Origin: an uncultured Chloroflexia bacterium
Lineage (GTDB): Bacteria > Chloroflexota > Anaerolineae > CG2-30-64-16
Direction of reading: 5' to 3'
Length of the DNA: 64,000 nucleotides
Assembly: GCA_963774265.1 (NCBI GenBank)
Contig: CAVZDU010000007.1
Location: 480,001-544,000 of the forward strand
Position 1 is the first letter of the stretch; each line of letters begins with the position of its first letter. Under the pieces are notes generated by a model. It saw only the letters and a list, made by a program, of their open reading frames with translations. It made no database searches and had not been told where the DNA came from. Shown here one piece after another: positions 40,344 to 49,872 of this stretch. The position numbers and the translations under genes are program-made.

Positions 40344-41492
40344 TTATCTTGACGCCTTCACGCCACCTCCCGCCAGCGCCCGTTTGACCTCGGCCAATAC
40401 GACCCGCTCGTCGACCATCGTGATGTCACCAGGGGTCTCCTGCACGAGGATGCCGTGCGCCGCGCCCCATTGGACCGCGGTCGCCAGGTCCTGGCCCTTG
40501 AGCAGCGCAGCCAGCACGCCCGACATAAACGAATCGCCGCCGCCGGTGCGATCGCCGATAGGGACGGCCGTGCGCAGCGACGCGGCATAGAAGGTGTCGG
40601 CTGCGATATCATAGAGGACGGCGCCCCAGTCGATGGCGTCGGCGCTGGTGGCGCCCCGCCACTGGGTCCCGATCAGGCTCAGGTTGGGGAAGTCGCTGGC
40701 CACTTTGCGCACGGTGCCCTTGTACGCCTCCAGCCACTCTTCGAACGGCGCCTTGGACGGCGCCCTGGTCTCGTATCCCAGCGCATCGCTCAGATCGGAA
40801 TCGTTGCCGACAAGAAAGCCGAGGTGGGGCGCGATGGCCTGGTTGATCTCGCGAGCCCGCGCCTTGTTCGGCTCGACCTTCGAGCGGTAGTTCAGGTCCG
40901 CGGCAACGAAGGTGCCGTGATCGTTGGCCTTTTTGACCCCGTCAATGGCCAGCCCGGCCGAGGTGGGCGAGATCAGCGTGAAGATGCCGCCGGTGCTGAA
41001 GACGCGCACGCCTTCGGCGCCGAACAGCGTGTCCCAGTCGATGTCGCCTTCCTTCAGCTCGCGGACAGCTGCATGGGCTCGATAGTACATCGTATCAGAG
41101 GGCAGGATGCCCTTGCCGGCGTAGGTGAAGTGGACGCCGTTCATCAGCGTTCCCTTTTGGTCGGTGGAGAAGCGGCTGCCGTCGTTCTTTGTGTTGAACC
41201 AGATGATTTTGCTTGTGTCCACGCCGGCGGCCCGCAGTTGATTGCGGATGTTTGTGCCGATGTGATCGTCCACGAGCCCGGTCAACACAGCCGTCCGCAG
41301 CCCGAAAGTGTACGCCAGACCGCAGGCGACGTTCGTCTCGCCGCCGCCCTGGAAGATGCGCAGGTGTCGCGCGAGTGGCATGGGCACATCGAACGGGTCA
41401 AACCGCAGCATCACCTCACCCAGCGCGACGCCGTCGTAGCGACAGGCGTTTGCTGGCTTCATTTCACCGTAAGGCACAACTTTCTGCGTCAT
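40344..41492 (-). CDS. PfkB family sugar kinase (KDG kinase-like)
   Basis: LGEVMLR.DP, GGGETNVA, DLNYR, DRTGGGDSF. Confidence 0.88.
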   Translation of the reverse strand: MTQKVVPYGEMKPANACRYDGVALGEVMLRFDPFDVPMPLARHLRIFQGGGETNVACGLAYTFGLRTAVLTGLVDDHIGTNIRNQLRAAGVDTSKIIWFNTKNDGSRFSTDQKGTLMNGVHFTYAGKGILPSDTMYYRAHAAVRELKEGDIDWDTLFGAEGVRVFSTGGIFTLISPTSAGLAIDGVKKANDHGTFVAADLNYRSKVEPNKARAREINQAIAPHLGFLVGNDSDLSDALGYETRAPSKAPFEEWLEAYKGTVRKVASDFPNLSLIGTQWRGATSADAIDWGAVLYDIAADTFYAASLRTAVPIGDRTGGGDSFMSGVLAALLKGQDLATAVQWGAAHGILVQETPGDITMVDERVVLAEVKRALAGGGVKASR

Positions 41493-41545
41493 AGGTCGAT
41501 CCTCATAGTTCTATGGATTCAGGCTGCGCCCTTGAGCGGTCCCAA

Positions 41546-42421
41546 CTATGATTCCGCGACGACAGGGTTTTCCAGCACGCCGACCTTCTCGATCTCGATG
41601 CGCACGACATCGCCCGGACGCAGCCAGCGCGGCGGGGTGCGTGCGGCGCCGATGCCGGCGGGCGTACCGGTGGCGATCACATCGCCCGGCTCCAAGGTCA
41701 TCACCTGGCTCATGTCGGCTATCAAGTGGGCCACAGAGAAGATCATCAGGCTGGTGTGGCCTTCTTGCAGCACCTCGCCGCCGATCACGGTGCGCAACCA
41801 CAGGTTCTGGACATCAGGAATTTCGTCCGCGGTCACTAGGGCCGGTCCCATGGGGCAGAAAGTATCGGGGGTTTTGCCGATGACCCACTGACTGGTGCGA
41901 TTCTGCCAGTCGCGGGCGGTGACATCGTCGAGCGGAATGTACCCGGCCACGTAGTCCAGGGCATCAGCCTCGGGGATGTTGCGGCCGCGGCGGCCGATCA
42001 CGACCGCCAGCTCGCCTTCATAATCCGGCTTCTCCACCGCGGTCGGGATGCAGATCGGCTCACCATGTGCGATCACGCTGTTGGCGTATTTGGCGAAGAT
42101 GATGGGGAAGGGCGACGCCGAGGCGTTGGTTTCGTGCGCATGCGCGAGGTAGTTCTGGCCGATGCAGATGATCTTGCCTGGCCGCGGGATCGGCGCTTTG
42201 AGGGTAACCTCTGCCAGGGCCAGTCCTTGATCTGGGGCCGCGGTCGCCAGGGTTTCGCGCGCCAGGGCGAGCGCATCCGGGCCGGCCTCGAGCAAGGCCA
42301 ACATGTCGGCAGGCAGGTGGGGTTCCAGACGATTCAGGTCGTACACCCGCTCGTGTCCGTCGATGGCGACCAGCGCACCCAGACGGGGGCGCCCCTCGTG
42401 GACGAATGTGATGAGTTTCAT
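41546..42421 (-). CDS. Fumarylacetoacetate hydrolase family protein
   Basis: KIICIGQNY..H, DYEGEL, DVTARD.Q, GDVIATGTP. Confidence 0.93.
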   Translation of the reverse strand: MKLITFVHEGRPRLGALVAIDGHERVYDLNRLEPHLPADMLALLEAGPDALALARETLATAAPDQGLALAEVTLKAPIPRPGKIICIGQNYLAHAHETNASASPFPIIFAKYANSVIAHGEPICIPTAVEKPDYEGELAVVIGRRGRNIPEADALDYVAGYIPLDDVTARDWQNRTSQWVIGKTPDTFCPMGPALVTADEIPDVQNLWLRTVIGGEVLQEGHTSLMIFSVAHLIADMSQVMTLEPGDVIATGTPAGIGAARTPPRWLRPGDVVRIEIEKVGVLENPVVAES

Positions 42422-42460
42422 GGGTCTCTGCTCCGTTGCGATAAGAAGATGGGGCGGTAT

Positions 42461-43193
42461 TCAGTCACTTTGTCTGGCGGCCTCGCGCTCCTGGTCCGCA
42501 CCAGTGCGCGCTGGCTCATAATTCCGGTTCACCAGATCGTACCCAAAGGTCATGTGCGCTTCGGTCACGTCCAGCGCCTGCTGCTTGTCACCTGCCTTGA
42601 CCGCGTCCAGGATCTGTTGGTGGCCCCGCACGGCTGCATCGCTGAAATGGGGGCTGGCGACGTTCCGGCTGAGCATGAGCACGTAAACCTGGGGCCGCAA
42701 CATGGCCCAGAAGTCCAGCAACCGTTGATGCCGGCTGGCTGAGTACAGCGCGTCGTGAAAGCACAGGTCCAACTCAGCCGCCTCTTTCTCGTCGATACCC
42801 CGTTCGATGGCGCCGGCCATGGCAGCCACTACGCCTTGCACTTTGTCAATATCTTCCGGTGTCGCCCGCATGCAGGCGTATTCGATCGCCAGCCGCTCGA
42901 GGGCGTGGCGCAGGCTGAAAACCTCGTCGAAATCCCTGCGTGAGAGGCGCGCTGACGCGGGTGCGCCCGGTGGGGGTCACCATGACCAGGCCTTCGCGTT
43001 CGAGGAGGCTCAATGCCTCACGAATCGGCCCCCGGCTGACGCCCATCAGCTCCGAAAGCGCGGCTTCGCGCAAGGGCTCCTCGGGCGCCAATTGCCCGCC
43101 CAGGATCGCGTTGCGCAGTCGCTCCGCCACTTCGGCGGCAAGCGAGCGCTTGACGGTGGGAGCCAAGATCTGGGCCAGATTTTCGTTGTGCAT
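42461..43193 (-). CDS. GntR/FadR family regulator, frameshifted
   Basis: GVSRGPIREAL..LE.EGLV; FCD domain DLCFHDALY. Confidence 0.88.
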
Positions 43194-43288
43194 GGCGCCT
43201 TTTCCTGACCGGCTGCGAGGATGGGAGCCATCGTTTTGCTGCGGTGAAAGGCCAGTCCACGACAATTGGACGACTCGTGCAAGACATC

Positions 43289-43364
43289 TCAGACAGTAAA
43301 CAGAAAATTGTTAACCATTTACGGTCTACAGTGAGATTCTAGCATACCCGCCCGTGCATGTCAA
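43289..43364 (-). promoter_or_regulatory. Promoter with 7-bp-phased array
   Basis: Minus-strand TTGACA-17-TAGAAT; six hexamers at 7-bp period over 43289-43329. Confidence 0.6.
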
Positions 43365-43454
43365 GGGGTTTGTGATGATTCGACTCGTTAGTTTTGGCGC
43401 AAACGTAGCCTCGCGCCGCCCGTGGCAGCCGCGGGCGGCGCGAGGCTACGGACG

Positions 43455-44351
43455 TCAGATTGAAGCCACGAAAGCGTCGATTGTGGCCCGCTGTTCCGCC
43501 GTCAACGGCTGTAGGGGAGACACGGTCAGGCCCGAACCGATGCCGAGCCGTGATACCGCGTACTTGATGCCGGAAAGCCACTGGTCTCCGGCAAGCGCTA
43601 CAGACTGGCGCACCGCGGCAATGCGCTCAGCGCAGCGGGCCAGCTCCGCTTCGTCGCCGGCGCATGCCGCGCGGTAGGCGCCGAGAAACGCCTGGGGATC
43701 CACATTCGAGCATCCCGGCACGATTCCGACCGCGCCTGCCTTCAACGCCGCCGCCATGTGCCGCTCATCCCCCTGGAGCACGCTCAAGCCGACCGCCGGG
43801 CCCTCATCGATCAGGCGCTTCAGGTAGGCCAGGTCTCCGGAGCTCTCCTTGATCCTACGGATCCAGCCTCTCCACGCCAGTTCGATGACCACCTCTGCCG
43901 GAATCACCGACGAGGTGCACGACGGGATGTTGTAAGCAATAACGTCCATCCCCCCGGCATGATTCACGCACTCGCCGAACAGGCGCAGGAACTCTTCAGG
44001 ATGGCGCAGCGTGAGGTAATAGGTGGGTGTGACGACGCAGTGTCCATAGCCCAGGTCGCGGAGCATCCGCACCTTCACCAGAACGCGCTGGGTCGATGTG
44101 TCCATAGCACCGCCCAGCAGGTAGGCCTGCTCGCCGACCTCATCCCGCGCAATCGTCACCATGCGCTCCCACTCGTGGTCGGTCAGCAGCGGTCCCTCGC
44201 CGGCCGACCCGCCGACGAAGATCCCATGGATTCCCGCGCCGATCAGACGTTGTACCTGCCGGCGGAACGCCGGCTCGTCGACCCGGTCATCATCGTCCAC
44301 CGGCGTGATGATGGGAGTCACAACTCCGTGAAGTTCACCTGTTGCCATCAT
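43455..44351 (-). CDS. Dihydrodipicolinate synthase/NAL family aldolase or dehydratase
   Basis: GGSAGEG, TPTYY, AYNIP, IKESSGD. Confidence 0.9.
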   Translation of the reverse strand: MMATGELHGVVTPIITPVDDDDRVDEPAFRRQVQRLIGAGIHGIFVGGSAGEGPLLTDHEWERMVTIARDEVGEQAYLLGGAMDTSTQRVLVKVRMLRDLGYGHCVVTPTYYLTLRHPEEFLRLFGECVNHAGGMDVIAYNIPSCTSSVIPAEVVIELAWRGWIRRIKESSGDLAYLKRLIDEGPAVGLSVLQGDERHMAAALKAGAVGIVPGCSNVDPQAFLGAYRAACAGDEAELARCAERIAAVRQSVALAGDQWLSGIKYAVSRLGIGSGLTVSPLQPLTAEQRATIDAFVASI

Positions 44352-45015
44352 TGCTCCTCTCCTGAGCCCGGTACGTCCCTATTTCCAGGCCCCGCTCTAC
44401 GAAGTATTTGTACGTCCCGTATTCCACAAGGGGGGATACGCTGTGATCTACTTGGAGCACGTAGCCGCTGCCTGCCATCGCGCCGGGCAGCTTGCTCTTC
44501 AGCTCCGCCTCTACGGCCTGAAGATCGTTGCTTTCCAGGACTCGCTCGTCCATGCCGGCCTTGACTTCGAGCCGCTGCAGGCAGTTGATTCCGGCTTCGA
44601 TGAGAGCCGGGGACCAGCGGCTCCATGTAGCCATCGCAGTGGAGCACCACTGCAGGCCGCAGCTATGGGCGAAGTCTTCGTGCTCCGGCGCGCCCGAACC
44701 GGTCTTGATCCAGCGCAGCAGCGCGCCGTTGCCGTCACGCACCAGCTTGACCGAATCGGTCTCCTCGACGATTTGTTCGCCCGCGTCGATGTCGGCAACC
44801 AGGTTGATCGTGCGGTAGTCCCCTGGCGTGATCTCGCCACCGGTGCGCCGTACGTCCAGCCCGAAATGATCGCTCACCATCTCGGGCTGGGCGAAGTATC
44901 CTCCCTGCGACCACTTCTGGACCGTCTCGCGCCAGAAGACTTCGAAAAGGCCGATGCGATTGACGCGCTGGTGTTTCAGGATGCGTCCGAAACGTTCTTT
45001 GCTGGTTAGTTGCAT
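44335..45015 (-). pseudogene. URO-D family remnant with internal deletions
   Basis: N-terminus, LHCDG and LEVKAGMD, and DHSV C-terminus are present; the intervening core is missing. Confidence 0.7.
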
Positions 45016-45149
45016 GCGTGCCTCTCAGTCTGCGCTGGCGCGGGTGTGGTTGCGTGATGACACTGTGTTCAGGCCATCCGTTTGAGTATGAAGAGCGCCG
45101 ATCCCGGCTGGTTGTCGATCGCCACGGCGAAACCTTCTGCCATGAGCCG

Positions 45150-45640
45150 CCCGACCACCCGATGGCGCCGATCACCCCTCTGCATCCTAGCTCCAGATTG
45201 AAGAAGGGCAGGTGGAGCGTGGAGCTTTTCCCGGTGGCCGCGGCAAGCTCAAGCCGCGATCCGCCCTGCCGGTAGGTGAGCGGCGTGGCGAGAGGTTCGA
45301 AATCGTTGAGCTGCGTGGGGCTGCTCCGGGCGTGGTGCACCTGGCGCGGCGTCGCGGCGTCCGCGGGCCACAGCACATCGAGCGGCAGGATGTCGGCGAG
45401 GATGGGAGTGTCGGCCGCGCCGGTATTCCTGAAACAGGCCACCCATTCCACGGCCGGAAAGTCGACGTAGCGGGTAATCTCGCAGCGGCACTCCAGGCCG
45501 GAGCGCGGTTCGCTGAGCACGATGCGCCTGCAGACAACATCCTGCGCCTGCTGCACCCTTTCGCGACGCGCCTTCCACTCCGGCAACAGGGTGTGTGAAG
45601 GTTGGTCATTGTAGCGGAACGAGACGGGGAAGTGGCTCAT
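45150..45640 (-). pseudogene. Truncated alpha-galactosidase (GH36-like) N-terminal fragment
   Basis: FPAVEW...FRNTG..DTPILADI.PLD, LPFFNL, AIGWSG; no catalytic barrel follows. Confidence 0.6.
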
Positions 45641-46022
45641 GTCGTCGCCAGCCAGTAGAGCCAGTCAACCATCGCCGGTTGCTCGGATGGCTTCATGCAT
45701 AGAGGCCATAAGTGACCTCGCTCTCGCACGATTCTGCGAAACAAATGGATGACGGTTAATTGTTAACCGACGGGGATATAGTAACACTGACCCGGTGCGT
45801 TGTCAATCAAGCGTAGCACGCTACCGTATATCCAGGCGCACCGTTTGACATTGTGCTCAATGTCACTTGGTGGTCGCATTGAGTTAGACCGCTTTTGCTT
45901 TCGGTGCTAGATTGTATTGAGTTAACGGATGACTGGTAACTTCAGACGAGGTGATGCGGCCCGTGCCCGGCGGCGGGTGCCGGACCCCCGCCATGGTTGA
46001 TGGGCAAGTAGTGGGGTAGTTC

Positions 46023-46743
46023 ATGGACAATGCTATTAGTTCGTTATCTCTCTCTGCGCCTTTCAGCCGAACCCTGAGCGATCAGGTAGCCAATCAGTTG
46101 CGCGAGGCCATCCTGCGCGGGCAGCTAAAGCCCGGCCAACGCATCGTGGAGCACGAAATCGCCGATGCGATGGCACTCAGTCGGGATCCCGTGCGCGAGG
46201 CGCTGAAAATCCTGCAAAACGAGCGCCTGGTCGTGCAGTATCCGCATCGCGGCGCATTTGTCGCCTGGCTGACCTTGCGCGACGCCGAGGAGATCTACAG
46301 CCTGCGCGAGGCGCTGGAGGTTATCGCTCTGCGGTACGCGATCGAATACGCAACGGATGAGCAGGTAGAGGAATTGGGCCAGGTCATCAACCGGATGACA
46401 GCCCGGGTTCAACAGGAGTACACCCAGCCGGAGGCGACCGAGCTGGATCTGGAATTCCATCATACCCTCTGCCGCATCTCGGGCCACAGCCGGGTTCTGG
46501 CCGCCTGGATAGCTCTGCGCGGCCAGAACCCGGCTGCTGATTCTGACCCACCGCTTCCTCCACCCGATGGATTTTCGTGAGAACGCGGTCGAGTGGCATT
46601 GGCAACTCGTCGAAGCTGTGCGTCTCCGGGACAGCAGGGCCGCGGAGGAGGTGCTGCGCAAGCACCTGGCAGCGTCGTTCGAGGCCACGAGCCGGGCCAT
46701 CCGTGACGGCAAGTTGTCGCCGCCGAACAAGCAATACGGCTGA
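46023..46743 (+). CDS. GntR/FadR family regulator, frameshifted
   Basis: LREAILRGQLKPGQRI.E, SR.PVREAL, DLEFHHTL. Confidence 0.88.
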
Positions 46744-46745
46744 CA

Positions 46746-46900
46746 GTGAAAGCCCAACTCTTCATTACTTGCCTGGGCGAGAATTTCTTCTCGCCGGTGC
46801 TCAAGGACATGGTGCTTCTGCTTGAGCGGCTGGGCGTGCAGTGCGAGATGCCGGAGGGGCAAACCTGCTAGCCAGCCGTTTTTCAACAGCGGCTTTCAAT
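46746..46900 (+). pseudogene. LutA/LldE (CCG Fe-S protein) N-terminal fragment
   Basis: VKAQLFITCLGE...LERLGV....PEGQTC, stop, then QPFFNSG in another frame. Confidence 0.65.
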
Positions 46901-46940
46901 CTCGGGCGCTGGAATAACGGTAACATTATCATTTGGCTTG

Positions 46941-47528
46941 TTAGAGAATGAGCGGGATAAACATCTTGCTGTGCTGCATGTACTCCACGTATTCATCCCC
47001 AAAGTAGGCGATATTTTCGCGCTCCTCAACGCGGGCGGTGGCGGCCAGGAAGAAGGTGCAGAGCAGCGTCAACCCGGCATCCAGCCAGGAGGGCGATTTG
47101 AAGACTATGCCCCAGGCCAGGAACAGGAGCGAACTGTATAGAGGGTGGCGGATGTGGCGGTACAGGCCGGCAGTCACCAGCCGGGAGGTTTTCTCCATCC
47201 CCAGCAGCGCCGGGTCGCTCCGCGCCGCATAGGGATGCGGCGCATTGCGATGCGATGCATCGCGTCTACCAGCTTCGTGTAGTAGTTTTGCGCCTGGGAT
47301 GACCAAGGCCAGCGAGATGATCAGCAGAATCCACGAAACCAGTTGATGCCACGCCAGCGGGTCGCGGAACCAGCCCGCCGCGTTGAGCAGCAACATCCCC
47401 AGCAGGATTTCCCAGGCGAAGAGGCGGTAGAAGCCGTGCGAGCGGACGCGCAGCAGCGATTTGCGTGAGACGAAGAGCAGGGCGGCTGTCCCCAGGATAA
47501 ACAGGATGATCGCCAGCAGGGTGCTCAT
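46941..47528 (-). CDS. Isoprenylcysteine carboxyl methyltransferase family membrane protein
   Basis: LVTAGLYRHIRHPLY, EE.ENI..FG.EY..Y. Confidence 0.9.
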   Translation of the reverse strand: MSTLLAIILFILGTAALLFVSRKSLLRVRSHGFYRLFAWEILLGMLLLNAAGWFRDPLAWHQLVSWILLIISLALVIPGAKLLHEAGRRDASHRNAPHPYAARSDPALLGMEKTSRLVTAGLYRHIRHPLYSSLLFLAWGIVFKSPSWLDAGLTLLCTFFLAATARVEERENIAYFGDEYVEYMQHSKMFIPLIL

Positions 47529-47535
47529 TCGACGT

Positions 47536-48198
47536 TCATTCCGCGCGGGTGCGCTGCCGGTCTACGAACATCCATCCTGGCAGCGGCCGGCGGGTGAGCA
47601 GCGCCCGCCACTCCAGGAACCCGCAAAAGCCGATGAGGCCGAGATGGCTGAGGAAGAAGATGAAGTCATTCCCCGGCCAGACCGGCGCCAGCGGGGTGAA
47701 ATTGACCTGGCCGGGCAGGTTGCCGGCATGCCCCGCGCACACATCGCGTTCCTCACCGCCCGCAGGGACCCGCACGCGCAGCCAGGTGTGGCCCATGTTC
47801 CACTCCGGCGCGTCGGCCACGCGCACCCGCAGAGAGAAGACGGCCCGCGCATCCACACCCAGGCGGTCGAGGAGCTGCTCGAGCGCCAGGTTGTACTGCG
47901 TGCAGTAGCCCATGCCGCGACGGAAAGCGGCTGCAGGCGTGTCCCACAGGTTGCGGCACGAGTAATACGTGAACTTGCGATAGACCAGGCGCTGCGCGTA
48001 GGTCACCAGCTCCCACCCGACCAGGCCGGTGCGCCGGCAGTCGGCCGCGGCATCGTCGAGCGTCTCGATCCCCTCCAACGCAACCGGGCCGCGGCCGGCC
48101 AGCGCCCGGGCCGCGGGCAGCATCAGCAAGCCGAACCCCGCCGCGGTCGCGGCCAGGGATGTGATCCGTCGCGTCGGGCAGCAGGAAGGTCGGGACAT
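47536..48198 (-). CDS. Transglutaminase-like domain protein
   Basis: GYCTQYN, HTWL and downstream Asp, consistent with a Cys-His-Asp triad. Confidence 0.75.
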   Translation of the reverse strand: MSRPSCCPTRRITSLAATAAGFGLLMLPAARALAGRGPVALEGIETLDDAAADCRRTGLVGWELVTYAQRLVYRKFTYYSCRNLWDTPAAAFRRGMGYCTQYNLALEQLLDRLGVDARAVFSLRVRVADAPEWNMGHTWLRVRVPAGGEERDVCAGHAGNLPGQVNFTPLAPVWPGNDFIFFLSHLGLIGFCGFLEWRALLTRRPLPGWMFVDRQRTRAE

Positions 48199-48332
48199 GG
48201 TTGCCTCCGGGGGGTGTGGTCTGATAGCGGTCGTTCTGCTCTCCCATCACTATACGCATAACCCAGTCGCGCGGTTGCTGCCTGTGGGAGCCGGTGCGCA
48301 TAGTGCCGCGCAGGGACCCTCCCCCATGCTGG

Positions 48333-48680
48333 TCAGGGCGACTTCGAAGGTTTGTCCCCCTGGCGCACGAGCTCCCGCCAGACCCGCTCGAACAGGCCCA
48401 CGATCGCAGCCACGACGCGGATGGCGCCTTCGCGGGAGGGGGACGGCAGCTCCGCGGTCGTCTCGGCGAGCGCGGCGATCTCAGTCCGATACGGCGCGCG
48501 TTTGGGCTTCCGGCCGGACTGGCGTGACCGCCGTTCGGGCGGCCCGGCGCGCGTCGGGTCTGGCCGGTTGCGGATTTCCGTGAGTTCGATGCCATGCTTC
48601 GATGCTGCTTTCTCGGCCGCGCGCTGCGCCGCCAGGTCAGGTTGACGGCCGCGTCGCAGGGGCGAAGGAGCAGCAGCCAT
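48333..48680 (-). CDS. Small basic hypothetical protein, putatively SOS-regulated
   Basis: 115-aa ORF just downstream of TATAAT and two LexA-type boxes; C-terminal amphipathic helix. Confidence 0.45.
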   Translation of the reverse strand: MAAAPSPLRRGRQPDLAAQRAAEKAASKHGIELTEIRNRPDPTRAGPPERRSRQSGRKPKRAPYRTEIAALAETTAELPSPSREGAIRVVAAIVGLFERVWRELVRQGDKPSKSP

Positions 48681-48693
48681 CCGGGACGCGAGC

Positions 48694-48744
48694 ATTATAC
48701 AGAACACATGTTCATCGCGCAAATCGAGTCGCGAATATGTGTTC
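48694..48744 (-). promoter_or_regulatory. -10 box with two LexA (Cheo-type) SOS boxes
   Basis: TATAAT on minus strand at 48694-48699; GAAC-ACAT-GTTC 48702; GAAT-ATGT-GTTC 48733. Confidence 0.7.
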
Positions 48745-48890
48745 GTCGGGGAGTGGGTCGAATGGCCCATTTCCTCCCAAATGGGAGGGCGACTACCAAA
48801 ACAAACCTTATACATGATGTATAATGAATGTATACTATGGTGATTGAGCGTTAAGTTCGGTCACACATACTATAGAATAAGGAGAATGAA

Positions 48891-49679
48891 GTGTCTACGA
48901 AAAAAAGTGGGTTGAAGACCCTATTGCTTGCCCTTGTTGTGATCCTGTCGCTGAGCCTGCCCCTGGCAGCCTTCGCTGAGACGGCTAACGGCATAATGAC
49001 ACCGACGGATGGCGCGAAGGTGACCGGCACGGTCAACGTGAAGGGTTACGCCAGCGATCCGAGCTTCATGAAGTGGCAGTTGGATGTGTTGCCGGGTGGC
49101 GATGCGAATGCGGCTATCTTCCTGGCGTTGGGTTCGACGGCGGGCGAGTTCACTCAAGCAGTGGACACGACGGCCTTCCCGAACGGCGAGCATGCGCTCC
49201 GGCTGCGCGTGGTGCGGGCCGACAGCAACTACGACGAGTACGTCACCAAGTTCACTATCGCCAATGGCGAGGTGAAGCCGGCCGCGGCCCCTGTTGAGGC
49301 GAAGCCGGCTGCAGCCCCGGTCGAGGCGAAGCCGGTTGCAGTCCCGGCAGCTGCCAGTCCTGCACCGGCGCCGGCGACAATCGTGTCGGCGACGAACGGT
49401 TTCACGAACCTGAAGGATGGCGCGAAGGTGAGCGGCATGGTTGACCTGAAGGGTTACGCCGGCGATCCGAGCTTCATGAAGTGGCAGTTGGATGTGTTGC
49501 CGGGTGGCGATGCGAATGCGGCTATCTTCCTGGCGTTGGGTGAGAAGGCGGGCGAGTTCACTCAGGCAGTGGACACAACGGCCTTCCCGAATGGCGAGCA
49601 TGCGCTTCGGCTGCGCGTGGTGCGGGCCGACAGCAACTACGACGAGTATGTCACCAAGTTCACCATCGCCAACCCCTAA
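48891..49679 (+). CDS. Secreted protein with two near-identical Ig-like domains
   Basis: Signal peptide; ~85-aa repeat (P.DGAKV.G.V..KGYA...DTTAFPNGEHALRLRVV) twice; KPAAAPVEA linker. Confidence 0.85.
   Translation: MSTKKSGLKTLLLALVVILSLSLPLAAFAETANGIMTPTDGAKVTGTVNVKGYASDPSFMKWQLDVLPGGDANAAIFLALGSTAGEFTQAVDTTAFPNGEHALRLRVVRADSNYDEYVTKFTIANGEVKPAAAPVEAKPAAAPVEAKPVAVPAAASPAPAPATIVSATNGFTNLKDGAKVSGMVDLKGYAGDPSFMKWQLDVLPGGDANAAIFLALGEKAGEFTQAVDTTAFPNGEHALRLRVVRADSNYDEYVTKFTIANP
49008..49672 (+). repeat. 257-bp intragenic direct repeat
   Basis: 49008-49264 vs 49416-49672, about 15 mismatches by manual comparison. Confidence 0.9.
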
Positions 49680-49702
49680 TCGGGCGCGCGCCTGACCATT
49701 TC

Positions 49703-49742
49703 AAAAGACCCCCGGGAGGAAGCTTCTCCCGGGGGTCTTTTT
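49703..49742 (+). terminator. Intrinsic terminator
   Basis: AAAAGACCCCCGGGAG...CTCCCGGGGGTCTTTTT. Confidence 0.9.
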
Positions 49743-49872
49743 GCGTCTCCCCCTGCCGGCCCAATCACGCGAAGGGCGATCTGTTTGGGAATTGCTGCCC
49801 GGTCGTCACAACCCGTTGCCCACGAGGGTGATCTGCGCGATAATGTCGCTGTCAAGCCCCCACGGAGACCAA

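Noticed and set aside
49008-49672. Diversity-generating retroelement TR/VR pair
   Set aside because: Mismatches are not adenine-specific, many are synonymous, both copies are in frame in one gene, and there is no reverse transcriptase.
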